From contig NW_026782463.1 in assembly GCF_031769215.1 (NCBI RefSeq), positions 992,001 through 1,056,000 of the forward strand: a stretch of 64,000 nt of DNA, written 5' to 3'. Shown here one piece after another: positions 27,048 through 39,529 of the stretch. Position 1 is the stretch's first letter. Every line of letters starts with the position of its first letter. Below the pieces are notes generated by a model, which was not told the DNA's origin, ran no database searches, and saw only the letters and a list, made by a program, of their open reading frames with translations. This DNA is from Ylistrum balloti. Its lineage: Eukaryota. A program made the translations under genes and the position numbers.

Positions 27048-27120
27048 CCGGAAGTGTGGAATATTTCTCTTTCCGCTTGTAGTGTTTACAGTTGCTAGGG
27101 AGCAGGTGCGCGGCGGCAAC
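27048..27120 (-). promoter_or_regulatory. TRAF3IP1 promoter: RFX X-box and ETS site
   Basis: GTTGCTAGGGAGC at 27091-27103 (reverse complement contains CCTAGCAAC), a GGCAAC half-site at 27115-27120 and CCGGAAGTG at 27048-27056, all 170-240 bp upstream of the ATG. X-boxes are typical of ciliary gene promoters. Confidence 0.6.
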
Positions 27121-27464
27121 TTATTAAATACTAGTGCAGATTTGAATACAATTTATTAACTCAATAATTTACATTTATATCAGCTACATTTGTCTCACAC
27201 TATCAAAAAGATTATATTTCAGTTTGTTGGTTAACTTGTTTTATTTTTACATGTAAACATTTTCTTAACATTTATTAAGCGGAAGTTTAAATAGTGAACA
27301 CTATAATCATGCAAAACGTTTACAGTTCACTTCTCTGAAGTTTTCCGAGTTGTCCTCACAGTACCATTTGATTCTAAAGACAAGATATGTTAAATTTTAC
27401 CCATTCTTGTACTATAATTCCACAGGGAAATAAGTGGCATTTTTCAGAAATTAAGAATAATATG

Positions 27465-27850
27465 ATTATGATAAACGTTTTTAAGATAGTAAACAACATA
27501 TATGTTAGTAGGGTAACAAGGAACGTTTTTGAAATGGACAATATAAGCAGAACTAGAGGTCATAACAAGAAATATTCAAAAAACGATGTCGTCTTGATAT
27601 TAGAAAGCACTTTTTCAGTTACCGAGTTGTGGATTTGTGGAATAGTTTACCACAAACAGTAATCAATGTGGACTCTGTAATAAAATTTGAAATAAGGTTA
27701 GATGAAGATTGGGAAAATATCCGTTTCTATACATGATTGTACATTAATTAACTGATATAAGCCATTACACAGGAATTACTTATTATGCAATATATAATAT
27801 TTGATATGGACATAGAGGCTTTAAGCCTGCGTCCATAATTTAATAAATGT
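27465..27850 (+). mobile_element. 5'-truncated CR1/L2-clade LINE, ORF2 C-terminus and 3' UTR
   Basis: With one frameshift it reads MINVFKIVNNIY..SRTRGHNKK/FKKRCRLDIRKHFFSYRVVDLWNSLPQTVINVDSVIKFEIRLDEDW, the characteristic CR1 C-terminal motif. Confidence 0.8.
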
Positions 27851-29424
27851 ATTCCAGTGCAACATAGAATCCTATTCAAGGGGGAGGGGGAGGGGGGTAT
27901 CTGTATTGCAAATGCTGGTGGATAGTACAAGGGATATAACTCACACGGGAAAAATATACCTATTTAGTCCCCGATACTAACATATAAGGTCTATTATCAT
28001 AAATTCAAAACAAGTATTTTTGTGGCAATATCTTACAGAGGAGAAATGTTTTTTTAAATCTCAAATACTGCTTATTCTTGTAAAAGTTTGAGTTACAAAT
28101 ACGCTGAAAACATACATACACAGATCACTTTCGTCATTGAGTTAATTGATATATATGAGTGAAATATCGACCTTTAACTTCGTATGGAAACCGAATTTGA
28201 ATTCGATTTACTACGATTCTTTGTTTAAGTCTAATGTTATGCCCTTTATACGGATTAACGAAAGGGCTTATCTGAAACACTGCTTACAGTAAATAAGTTT
28301 GTACGATGATGATAAAACCTCTCCCCTAATTTTACTTACAACCATCTGTTACCAATTTTACAAGTAAAGGGATGGTAATAACATAAAGTAGACAGAGTTA
28401 GGTGTGACAAAGATACCAAAATTACAATGCTGAGATTAAGATGTCAAATGGTATTGAAGACGATTTAAACAGCACAGTAATGACTTACGATGACCGAAAC
28501 GAAAGAGAGACAACAATAAGAACAAAAGAGACAGCAAAATATATGATAAGACGAATCTTTATGAATAAAATAACGGATTGTGTGAGCCGGATTAGTACGA
28601 GATCTGTTGAACAGCAATGACATGGTGTATGTTGTCGACACTGCAGTCGAAATGACTGCACATGAAATACACAGGAAAATAACATCTTTCATTGTGAATT
28701 GAGTGTTGATACATTTGAGCCGAAAAATGATTTAAACTGCATAATACAGCTGCTTCGCATCTCTAGGACTCGTCAGCCACCTAGGAGGTGACTGGGCAAG
28801 AAGTTATGTGCTAGAAAGTAACTGACTGTAGAAAAAAAAATCTGTTATGGTCGCAAACTCCAGCAAACACCGCTCTTTTGGGAAAAAACACAAAAACAAA
28901 AACAAACAAGGAAAACACACACGTTGTGGGTGCGTTGACAGATCACGTGATTTAGTACTGTTATCTTGTCAGGGGATGTCGTAAATAAACATCATTGTCC
29001 ATGCTATATCGGTTAGGTCAGCAGGTCGGTCGGTCAGCAACTTTACATAGGAATGAAAACGGAAATAGTAGTAATCTTTTCTAAATAAATAAATGAACCA
29101 GCAGTTCTCCAGTTCACTCACTAATTCCTCGTCCAATAGGAAGCCCTAGGCACGGTTATCATACTATCAGTATGTGTGTACAGTGTATACGAACTGTTCT
29201 ATATACTGATGTTCAGGTTAGTGATAAAGGAAAGGGTATATTTGAAACATGGACTAAATAGCTACCACGCTCTAACGAACCATATACAGTAAATGTACTA
29301 TATCGAGACACGTGACTTCCTAAACAGGTGATCAACTCAACTCAGAATGTAAGCAAATTTATCTTCCTATGATTTACATTTCACTTTGATTGTGTGTCAC
29401 ATAAGAATGTCTTAGCTCGTGATT

Positions 29425-29490
29425 TATAAAAGCTGTAAGTGTGCAGAAACATAAACATTGATGTCCAGATGAATCGGGCGGTGATCTGGT
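29425..29490 (+). promoter_or_regulatory. Candidate TATA box and short non-coding first exon of the MFS gene
   Basis: TATAAAA at 29425-29431, donor CTG|GTGAGT at 29489, and acceptor ccatttcag at 29949, 8 nt before the ATG at 29958. Confidence 0.4.
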
Positions 29491-29957
29491 GAGTAACATA
29501 CGTTTATAGGTCGCTGAAACTAAATATTGTGCTTGTAAAATTCATATACAAATGATACTCTCAATGTATGTAGCTTATGTAACGACTGGACACTCCAGCT
29601 GTCATTTCATCATAAGTTTCAACATGACACTACCATCGTCATTTCTAGGATACGATCCTCTATCGATCTCAACTTGTATCAGTCAGTATGATGGAGTAAT
29701 GATTGTCTAAGTATTTATTTATGTCAACAACTGTACACGGCTATACCTAGATAGGATCAATGCTTAGTCCTGGAAATGACAGCTGGTGCATTTTGTGACT
29801 TTTTATGGTATAGTAACACATTAGTAAGTACATTTGTATGTTAAACAAATATAGCGATATCAAACAGTCCTGCTTGTACGTAATATTTACAAATTTATCT
29901 GTCAGATGACTTTCTTTCCTCCGTCCAACAGCTATGTAACCCATTTCAGTTTGTAAG

Positions 29958-32900
29958 ATGGGGCTATTTCCGGACGAGACGTCTTCCCCGCGCCATTTCC
30001 ACACGATGAAGTGGGTAGGGTTGGCAGTGGGATGTCTCGCCAAATTTGTGACGGGGTCATTGTTTGTCTTCAACGTATATGAAAACGCTATCAAGACCAC
30101 ATTTAATTACACCGAAACTGAAGGTAAGTGTTGTGGATGTAACTACCTCATTATCAGATTAACGAAAAATATTGATAGTCGGGTATAGAGGATGACAAAC
30201 AAAATCGCAAGACATAGACCAGCTAAGGTAGGGGGATGGTGGCTTATAAACACTCACTAGAGAAGCATGAGGTAGGGGTATGGTGAGCAGAGGCGTAGCA
30301 ACAATGTATGCTTGTATGCTTAAACATACACTCGAATTCCATTGAGATATATTTGCCCTTCTTTTTTAACCTTACTGCGCCCCTAGACCCCCTTAACCGG
30401 GGCTTCGCCCTTGGATCCTTTCTTGAAAGCATACAGTCCTAGAAATGTTTTGCTACGCCACTGGTGAGTTATACACTCTAACTAGAGAAGGGTGAGGTAG
30501 GGGTATGGTGAGTTATACACTCTAACTAGAGAAGGGTGAGGTAGGGGTATGGTGAGTTATACACTCTAACTAGAGAAGGGTGAGGTAGGGATATGGTGAG
30601 TTATAAACTCTACCTAGAGAAGGGTGAGGTAGGGGTATGCTGGCTTATACACTCTAACTAGAGAAGGGTGAGGTAGGAGTATGGTGACTTATACACTCTA
30701 ACTAGAAAAGGGTGAGGTAGGGGTATGGTGAGTTATACACTCTAACTAGAAAAGGGTGAGGTAGGGGTATGGTGACTTATACACTCTAACTAGAAAAGGG
30801 TGAGGTAGGGGTATGGTGACTTATACACTCTAACTAGAGAAGGGTGAGGTAGGAGTATGGTGAGTTATACACTCTAACTAGAGAAGGGTGAGGTAGGGGT
30901 ATGGTGACTTATACACTCTAACTAGAGAAGGGTGAGGTAGGGGTATGGTGAGTTATACACTCTAACTAGAGAAGGGTGAGGTAGGGGTATGGTGAGTTAT
31001 ACACTCTAACTAGAGAAGGGTGAGGTAGGGATATGGTGAGTTATAAACTCTACCTAGAGAAGGGTGAGGTAGGGGTATGCTGGCTTATACACTCTAACTA
31101 GAGAAGGGTGAGGTAGGAGTATGGTGACTTATACACTCTAACTAGAAAAGGGTGAGGTAGGGGTATGGTGAGTTATACACTCTAACTAGAGAAGGGTGAG
31201 GTAGGGGTATGGTGACTTATACACTCTAACTAGAAAAGGGTGAGGTAGGGGTATGGTGACTTATACACTCTAACTAGAGAAGGGTGAGGTAGGGGTATGG
31301 TGAGTTATACACTCTAACTAGAGAAGGGTGAGGTAGGGGTATGGTGAGTTATACACTCTAACTAGAGAAGGGTGAGGTAGGGGTATGGTGAGTTATACAC
31401 TCTAACTAGAGAAGGGTGAGGTAGGGATATGGTGAGTTATAAACTCTACCTAGAGAAGGGTTAGGTAGGGGTATGCTGGCTTATACACTCTAACTAGAGA
31501 AGGGTGAGGTAGGAGTATGGTGACTTATACACTCTAACTAGAAAAGGGTGAGGTAGGGGTATGGTGAGTTATACACTCTAACTAGAGAAGGGTGAGGTAG
31601 GGGTATGGTGACTTATACACTCTAACTAGAAAAGGGTGAGGTAGGGGTATGGTGACTTATACACTCTAACTAGAGAAGGGTGAGGTAGGAGTATGGTGAG
31701 TTATACACTCTAACTAGAGAAGGGTGAGGTAGGGGTATGGTGACTTATACACTCTAACTAGAGAAGGGTGAGGTAGGGGTATGGTGAGTTATACACTCTA
31801 ACTAGAGAAGGGTGAGGTAGGGGTATGGTGACTTATACACTCTAGCTAGAGAAGGGTGAGGTAGGGGTATGGTGAGTTATACACTCTAACTAGAGAAGGG
31901 TGAGGTAGGGATATGGTGAGTTATAAACTCTACCTAGAGAAGGGTGAGGTAGGGGTATGCTGGCTTATACACTCTAACTAGAGAAGGGTGAGGTAGGGGT
32001 ATGGTGAGTTATACACTCTAACTAGAGAAGGGTGAGGTAGGGGTATGGTGAGTTATAAACTCTAACTAGAGAAGGGTGAGGTAGGGGTATGGTGAGTTAT
32101 ACACTCTAACTAGAGAAGGGTGAGGTAGGGGTATGCTGGCTTATACACTCTAACTAGAGAAGGGTGAGGTAGGGGTATGCTGGCTTATACACTCTAGTTA
32201 GAGAAGGGTGAGATAGGGGTAGGCTGGCTAATACACTCTAGCTAGAGAAGGGTGAGGTAGGGGTATGGTGGCTTATACACTCTAACTAGAGAAGGGTGAG
32301 GTAGGGGTATGGTGGCTTATACACTTTAACTATCGGCATCACAACCTACTACCAGGCATGACAATATGCCATATTTCCAGAATGAGATCACTGTAGTTGT
32401 CATTATCTTATACTAAAATCATGAAATTGGAGAAAAGTCTTGAACATGGAATCATTTTTGCCATAAAAATGAAAGGGGAAGCAAGAATATCACCATCAAG
32501 AAATGGAAAATTGGAAATCTGAAATCATCACGCTATCATACATCTAGTTGGATAGGCGTCTGTATTGAGTTGCTGTAAGAAAAAGAGTGTGTCGTGTTTT
32601 TGACTTCCAATTCAGGTGATTATATACGTTATACAAATGAAAAAAAAATCTTGACATTTATTGCCAAGATTTCATCAATATATCTAAAAGTGAAGCTGAA
32701 GGGCTTTACAAGGTCTTTGTGATATGCTTTGTAAGATCTCTTGTAAATTTGGCATCGCATGAAAACAAATGAAGAGAGAGACGTCGTTCCCATGTTTATG
32801 CCAGTTAACAATTTGAACATCTTCCCACCTTACTTTGTAAAGACATTGTCAACCAGACTTTCAAAAATTTCTTTTCGCCTTAAGACTTACTTTACACGAA

Positions 32901-34804
32901 GTATGCTTCAGTATTTGTAAAGAAAGTTTTCTTAAGATAACACAAAAGAAACAAGTGAATAGAACTTTTTAGTTCAAATTTAGAGTTAGATAAAATGGAG
33001 TCAAACATTATACAGCTGTTTCGTCCTTCTAAACCCGTTTGTAATGCTAAGGGCCTAAATTTTGAAACCTAGGATGCGACTGATGGAATCTAAAGTAATC
33101 AACTAACGGATGGAGACTTTCCTGAAGTTTAGGAGAGAAATAAAACGGGTCAAAAGCTTTATGGGAGTCTGTTAAATCCACAATCCATTAATTCAACTTC
33201 TAGTGCTGAACTGCCTTTTCTTGATATAAATGCTTCGAAATAACGGGATTAGAAAGCTTATTGACAGCAATCGAACACGCATGACAATGTCTTAAGTATT
33301 GATAAAGTCAAATATCAGTTCATTTGAATATGTAACTTTTCTTGTGTGTTTTTTCTTCTAGTTCAACTTCAGTCATCGCTGCTTAACATAGGACTTGGCT
33401 TTGGTTTCATTCCCGGCAAATTCTATGACCATTTTGGACCCCAATGGGCGTCGCTAGGGGGCGTAATTGTATCGGTGCTTGCCTACACTCTACTATGGAG
33501 TACCACCAAATACGTGTCTTTCTACCAGAACAAGAGCTGGTTGATGGCAATCTATTTCTTCTTGTCAGGTATGTCGACTGGAGTCTATGTCTAACAGCAA
33601 TGCAATTATCACATATTAAGTTAAAGGTAATCATTGATTAAATCAATCTACAAGCTGAAGTAGATAAAAAAAACAGATTTGTATCTAGGCGTTTAAACTA
33701 CAGTCTTATTTATAATAACATATACCTTAAGTAATGAAACATTGGGAAATAACACTTGTTTTAATATTGTTGATCGGTAACTTTTCAGGTCTTGGATCTG
33801 TTTTCACCTACATGGTAGCTCTCAACACAAATGTCATAAATTTTGACGAAAAACACAGAGGCAAAATAGTGGGATTACTCAATGCGTTTTTCGCTGGAAG
33901 TCCGTCCGTATTCGCGGCTATTTATTACCATGTGATAGGAGATCCAGCAAGCACCGAAAGTTTTACAACTATGATGTTGATGTTTGCCATCTCGTTTGGT
34001 ATTACAGATATCATATGTATGATATTTCTGAGAATTTACACAAAACCGAATGAACTTATGGAACAACGTGAACTGCAAACTAATATTTCTATGGAAGAAA
34101 GTTCAAGCACTTGCTGCGATGAGGTAACAAAAACCAGAAAAATTGAAGGCACTCCGCTCCGCGATCTTTTACGAAATGTCGATTTTTATATCTTCACTTT
34201 GATGTTTACTTTCGCTTCCACCGTTGGACTAGTGTATGTTATAGCTTTAACACAAACGACTGACGCCATGAACTTTTCCTCACACGACCCCGACGTGGTG
34301 CTCATCGTTCCCATAACGAATGCCTTAATCAGTGTGTGCATTGGGACATTTTCTGACTACTTCAGAGATAGGTTACCGCGGTTGACCATTTTGATAGCGG
34401 GATGTATATCGTTCGTCGTGTGTCAGGTACTTGTAGTGTCGTTGGCAGATGGCTACACGTGGATCGTGATTGCGACCATATTCTGCGGTATAGGAGTTGG
34501 ATTAGTCTGGTCCATCTCTCCGACCATTATGAGCGAGTTCTTCGATGTTGCCGACCTTGGGCGAAACTGGGGTATTGCTCTGTTCCTTGGGTCATTAATG
34601 GGTCTAGGAGCACAAGAAAGTTTTGGCGCTTTTTATGACGCCGCTAAGAAAAACCCTAGTGATATATACTGTAACGGTATAGAGTGTGTTCGTCGAGGGC
34701 ACGCAGTAGCATTAGCATCTGGTATCGTAGCTGTCATTCTTGGCACTGTTCTTTTGTGGAAGCGACGGAATTCCAATCAACATAGATTTGAGAGTTTTGA
34801 TTAA
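29958..34804 (+). CDS. Major facilitator superfamily transporter, nodulin-like / MCH1 / NFD4 type (about 462 aa)
   Basis: Exons 29958-30123, 33362-33568 and 33789-34804 with GT-AG ends and phases 1,1. The N-terminus WVGLAVGCLAKFVTGSLFVFNVYENAIKTTFNYTETEVQLQSSLLNIGLGFGFIPGKFYDHFGP fits the Nodulin-like domain. HRGKIVGLLNAFFAGSPSVF and GTFSDYFRDRLPR motifs and about 12 hydrophobic segments are present. Confidence 0.88.
30230..32335. repeat. 44-bp G-rich minisatellite, about 43 copies, with higher-order structure
   Basis: Unit GGTGAGTTATACACTCTAACTAGAGAAGGGTGAGGTAGGGGTAT in MFS intron 1. Confidence 0.97.
30288..30463. mobile_element. 176-bp MITE with CAG(A/T)GGCGTAGCAA TIRs and a 5-bp TSD (hAT5-like)
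   Basis: Left end CAGAGGCGTAGCAAC, right end TTGCTACGCCACTG. GTGAG is duplicated at 30283-30287 and 30464-30468. Confidence 0.85.
32640..32850 (-). mobile_element. Penelope-like element RT fragment
   Basis: GINMGT..KPFSFTFRYIDEIL resembles the PLE RT motifs GIPMGT..FRYIDD. Confidence 0.65.
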
Positions 34805-36299
34805 TTGAGTGCAAAAGAGTTCAAAAGATATAATATTAGCGTGCTTTTTAAGATTGTGAGATAGGGACTGCGCTGTAAACTCTGGCATTGTCTCTATTGT
34901 CTAAGTATACATGTAATATATATGTAGAAACTGTGATAAATCATATGAATATCATGAAATACAGTTTCAATCGCTTTTCTCAAATATATCACACTCAATT
35001 TGTATCTACAATGACACATGCAATTTTAGAGGCAATGACGGTAATAAAATCCGGCATTTTATGAGATATACATGAAAGTAACGGGCACTGTTGTAATTAT
35101 TGTTGCATGCATAACCACTTATAATGGCAGGGATGTTTGATTTATAAATACAAATACACCAAATTTATTTTTATTATACGATATTATTTAAGATGAAAGA
35201 TACGAATATTGAATCACGCGTGACGTGTGAGTATCCTCAATTATTTTGCCTTTGATTTTGAAATTATTAAAAAAAAATCCCGCTCAATTTGTATGGAAAA
35301 GCTTAGAAGCTTACGATATTTATACTGAGAATAATGTATTTCTTTTCTTAATTAGTAAAAATATATATTAATTAATGTAGAGACTGGCCTTTCTTCCGTG
35401 AATATTGATTTTGTGATTTATCCTGTTTGTGAAAGTATCACTGATGAGATTGATTCTAACTATATAGTAATCAAAAACAGCATAAGCTGTTTTTGATTAC
35501 TATATTTCAAATTTGTTAGTACTTTTTGTTTTTAATCCCGATTGTATTTCCTCGACAGTATTAACTGATTTAAGATATATTAACATAAAACAATCTAATT
35601 TCAAAATACACGACTCCAGTATTATCATGTAATATATTCATAAGTTTTGGTGCTAATGTACTTCTGACAATTCACATGAATATGTGAATTGACTTATATA
35701 TAGTTACTATGACACTAAACACGCTCTATTTGCTTTCTGTGCAAAATGTATGCATAATTAACATACATACATATATTTGTTTAATCATATATAAAAATGA
35801 GCACACGCACTTCTCATATTAGAGACGTAATGGAAATAGGCCATTTGACTTTTGTCGTTTGAAAATCATTTAGTTCATTCAATTATCAAAGATTTTATTA
35901 TATCCGAAGTTGTCAAACTTAAGTTAGAGCCCATCAAATTAAAAACATGTCTTTATGAATTATGACAGAACAAAATTGTTAAACACGTGATGTGCCAAGT
36001 TTATCAACGTCGTCTGTTAGATGTCGATCCGACAGTCAACGAATAAAATCGGTTATAAATAAAGTGTATTTGTGATCTTTGTTACTTTCCATGGTTATTC
36101 TCATCTAAAAATAGCATAAATCCACGACACGAAAATGCAAAGACAGGTCGCTTATTATTTAAGAGACGCATCAATTTTAAATTAGAAATCAATTATCAAT
36201 ATTTCAAATAAAAACATAACGATAACACTTTTATATGACGAAAACAAGTTCAATTTGTGAATATGAACTTTTTATTTTTTAACAACAATTATGAAATAA

Positions 36300-36496
36300 G
36301 TATACAAACTTATATTAATCACTCTTGTTGGCTCGGATGGAAGCGTGCGAGGGGTCTTTCTGTTGGAGGAAACCGGAGTACCCGGGGGGAAATCCCACGT
36401 GATCGGGCAGGTGATCCCATACCTGTTCACGTCCATTCTGGGAATCGAACCCCGAATGGCTAGGTGAAAGGCGAGTGCGTTACCATGGTGTCGCCC
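36300..36496 (-). mobile_element. tRNA-derived SINE with a V/Meta-type central domain
   Basis: The minus strand has a tRNA-like head with B box GGTTCGATTCCC, followed by GTGGGATTTCCCCCGGGTACTCCGGTTTCCTCC, the core typical of V-type SINEs. Confidence 0.75.
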
Positions 36497-37054
36497 GACA
36501 ATTTGTGATAATCCTATTTCATAAAAATATTGTCTGTGATGACGCAAGGGACTTAATTTTTTGGCTCTTCTTGGATTTGAACTTGCTGACGTCAAAATTT
36601 GGTTAAACGAGGAATTTAAACGTGATTTTTATTTCAGATTACGATAATAAATTATATAAGATTGCCAATAATAAGTGACCAGTCACTGGATGGTAGTAAA
36701 CAATCGGTATTTGGATGACCGGTAATCATGACATTCTAACGACCGAGATTCTGTCTATCTGTTCCCAAGTTTGTATTTAAATGTATGTCGACTGTTTACT
36801 TCCATCCAGTAACATTTATACACGTTTACTTTGTAGTAATTACGTAGAATTACCTTTTGACCGACTTTTAAAATATTTATTACATCAACCAAAAGTATAT
36901 TTGGTCCGAAATTGTTGACTGGCTGATTGCCGCATCTTAAAACAAGAGTTGTCGTTCTTACACTACAGCGGTAAATATTGTTGTATAAATAGACTATTTA
37001 TCATTTTTTTGATTGATGAACAGTAATGGAATAATAATAATGAAAAATAATACA

Positions 37055-37057
<3 letters not shown>

Positions 37058-37107
<50 letters not shown>

Positions 37108-37108
37108 A
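37058..37108. repeat. (TAAA)n microsatellite
   Basis: About 12 TAAA units visible directly. Confidence 0.95.
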
Positions 37109-38093
37109 AGATGACCATAGTAGAGCATCATTGAATAACGACATGCATGTACACTCTTTAAGTAATGACATCCGATCTTGGTCAAATTAGACAAAACCTG
37201 GTGAACTTTTATTTAAATGTTCCAAGGTTAACATTAGAATTTATTTTCTATTCCTATTTATTAATCTATAAAAACATGAGTAACAATTCGCGATGACTTT
37301 TAACTATTTGAGTATGACGGGTAAATTCTGTAGATTTATTTCTTATTGTGCACTACAGTTTGTCATGGAATGGACGAAGTGTATGAATAGCTTGTCGACT
37401 CCATGAATATCGCAATCAGAAGGATTACAATTTTATATCAATATACTTGATTACCATCTCGTGCGTCTTACACATTGAGTTAAGGTGATGGCAATTACAA
37501 TTTAATCCACTGACATTTCTTTGCTAAAATATAAGATAACGTTACGAAGATAAGAATGCTATCCAAATCAGGCTCCTCTGCCATTCTGCCTGTCAGTCCG
37601 TCTTCAATTGGTGCAACGTTTTGAGGCTTTCTCATCCGTCTGTTAAAGTAATCGATAATAGTGAGCATGCGCTAAAGTAACATTGGTTTGACTGAATCTT
37701 TGACGATGAAAAAAATAGTTAGCAAGTGTTGTCACGTGACCATATTACAGCGACACGTCTCGTGGTAAACCTAAATGTGGCCTTGAATAACTTGACTAAT
37801 GTTGCCGATAGACAGGGGACGCTTATTGTTCTGGAACCCGTGGTCGTAATCCTTTCGCTGTTGTTCAAATTTGTTCATGTCAACGGTTCTTTTGGCCATA
37901 ATTTTCCACATTGAATCTTCTTTAATATATTGATGTGACCTGTGTATCCGAATAGACCTCCAGATTTAATAGTCACTCTATTGTATGTGTGGAGCTATAT
38001 TTACATATAGTGTACCTTTTTAACAATTAGGACGTAATCCGAATTGTTGGAGAAATAAAGACAAGAAAAACGGACAACGAGAAGAAAGATCTG

Positions 38094-38356
38094 CAGGGAC
38101 CGTATTCATGAAACCATTCTCATACTCCAGCACAGATTTTGTGCTCAAGCAAACTTTTTATAATTCACCTAAATCATACAAAATAATACAAATGTCAAAT
38201 TTAAACCTTGAATATAGCTTTGACTTGTAAAATTGTTTTTAAATCTTTGGTGGCAAAATCAGTCGTATTTATTATTTCTTAACTTGAACAAGACATAAGG
38301 CTTGAGCACAAAATTCATGCTTGAGCATTAGAACGGTTTCATGAATACGGGCCCTG
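38094..38356. mobile_element. MITE, about 263 bp, with long imperfect TIRs (possibly PIF/Harbinger-type)
   Basis: Left CAGGGACCGTATTCATGAAACCATTCT versus right reverse complement CAGGGCCCGTATTCATGAAACCGTTCT (25/27). Similarity extends to TTTTGTGCTCAAGC. No clear TSD. Confidence 0.8.
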
Positions 38357-39529
38357 ATCGGCCTCTTTAATCTATAAACGGTGTTGTTCAGTACTATATC
38401 AGTTTAACAATTCCTTATAAAATTTAACAGTCTATATATATATATAATTACAGAAATGAAGCTCTTAAAACTATTTGCATGCTTTTTTGTTCAAAGATCA
38501 CAAGAGTATATTATGATAAATACATTTGATATTATGATTGACTTTATACTCTTTGTACTTTGACTTTGTACTCTTTATCCTGGAATTCTGATGTCAATGA
38601 ACTGGGTAAAATTAGTTTATATTGGTTTATTTAGCTATATTTATCAATAAATACATCAATGTTCATGAAATATTATTTGTTTGAAGAATCACGGAAACTG
38701 AGACCCATGAAAAATATGTGTTTTTATCGTTGTCTCTGTCTTCCAAATATAGATCATTTTCTTTGTTAAGTTTTTAAGGCCCTATATCAAGGAATGTGAA
38801 GCAAGTTAAAACACGAACCATATATCAACACCGATATACATGATCAGGAATGTGTACACTTATCCATCGTCATCCATCATGTAGCCATATACGACATCAT
38901 GTTTATTGTTTTCAAGTGATTTTACAATGGTCTTTCCGTATTGTAAGTTTTCTGATTCTTACATCACAATTGATGTCTTTTCCCGCGGTTATCTGCAAAA
39001 TGACGAAATAAAATGAAAATTGTATCACTTAGTTTACTGTTTATCGATGCAGAGGTAGAAACAATGTTCTCAAGGGCCAATGTAAGAGTGAACTTCACAA
39101 AAGTAGACAAGAAGTGCGTCAGATGAACTTTATTTAAAACATCCGGCGATACCACAGGTAGTGGCATCAAGAAAATGGCCAAGAGCCACAATTCTTCAGA
39201 GATACGCCATTGGAAAGGTAGCTGTCGACATTCCAGGTATGTCTCCATCATACAAACCCAGGCAAATAGACTTAAAAACGATTTGGCGCATGTTTTCTAT
39301 ATTCACTTATGTATCTTGGTAATGCGTCTGTTTACAACACATGCTTTATGATGGATATAAACAAAAATAATTAACTAGAGCTATTCCTTAAATATTACGA
39401 TGGTGAACAACCGAACCCAATATAAGTTCCATTTTTAAAATCCACAATAAACTCTTCTTGTCTTTTGGAGTTATCGCGCTTTAGCTATTAAGAATAAATA
39501 ATGAAAAAAATGTGTTCACATTATAGGAG

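Noticed and set aside
28750-28815. Hammerhead-like CTGACGAGTC motif (minus strand) or Helitron 3' hairpin CAGCCACC-TAGGA-GGTGACTG plus CTAG
   Set aside because: GAAA and stems I/III are missing, the CTAG is followed by A rather than T, and no matching 5' end was found.
30464-32335. CRISPR-like array
   Set aside because: Head-to-tail repeats with no unique spacers, no cas genes, and a eukaryotic intron context. The same applies to the 38-, 36- and 32-bp arrays.
36430-36496. Functional tRNA
   Set aside because: The tRNA-like head continues into a SINE core and lacks a cloverleaf.
39050-39240. Plus-strand exon-like segment with a strong donor CCAG|GTATGT
   Set aside because: All three frames contain stops and no partner exons were found.
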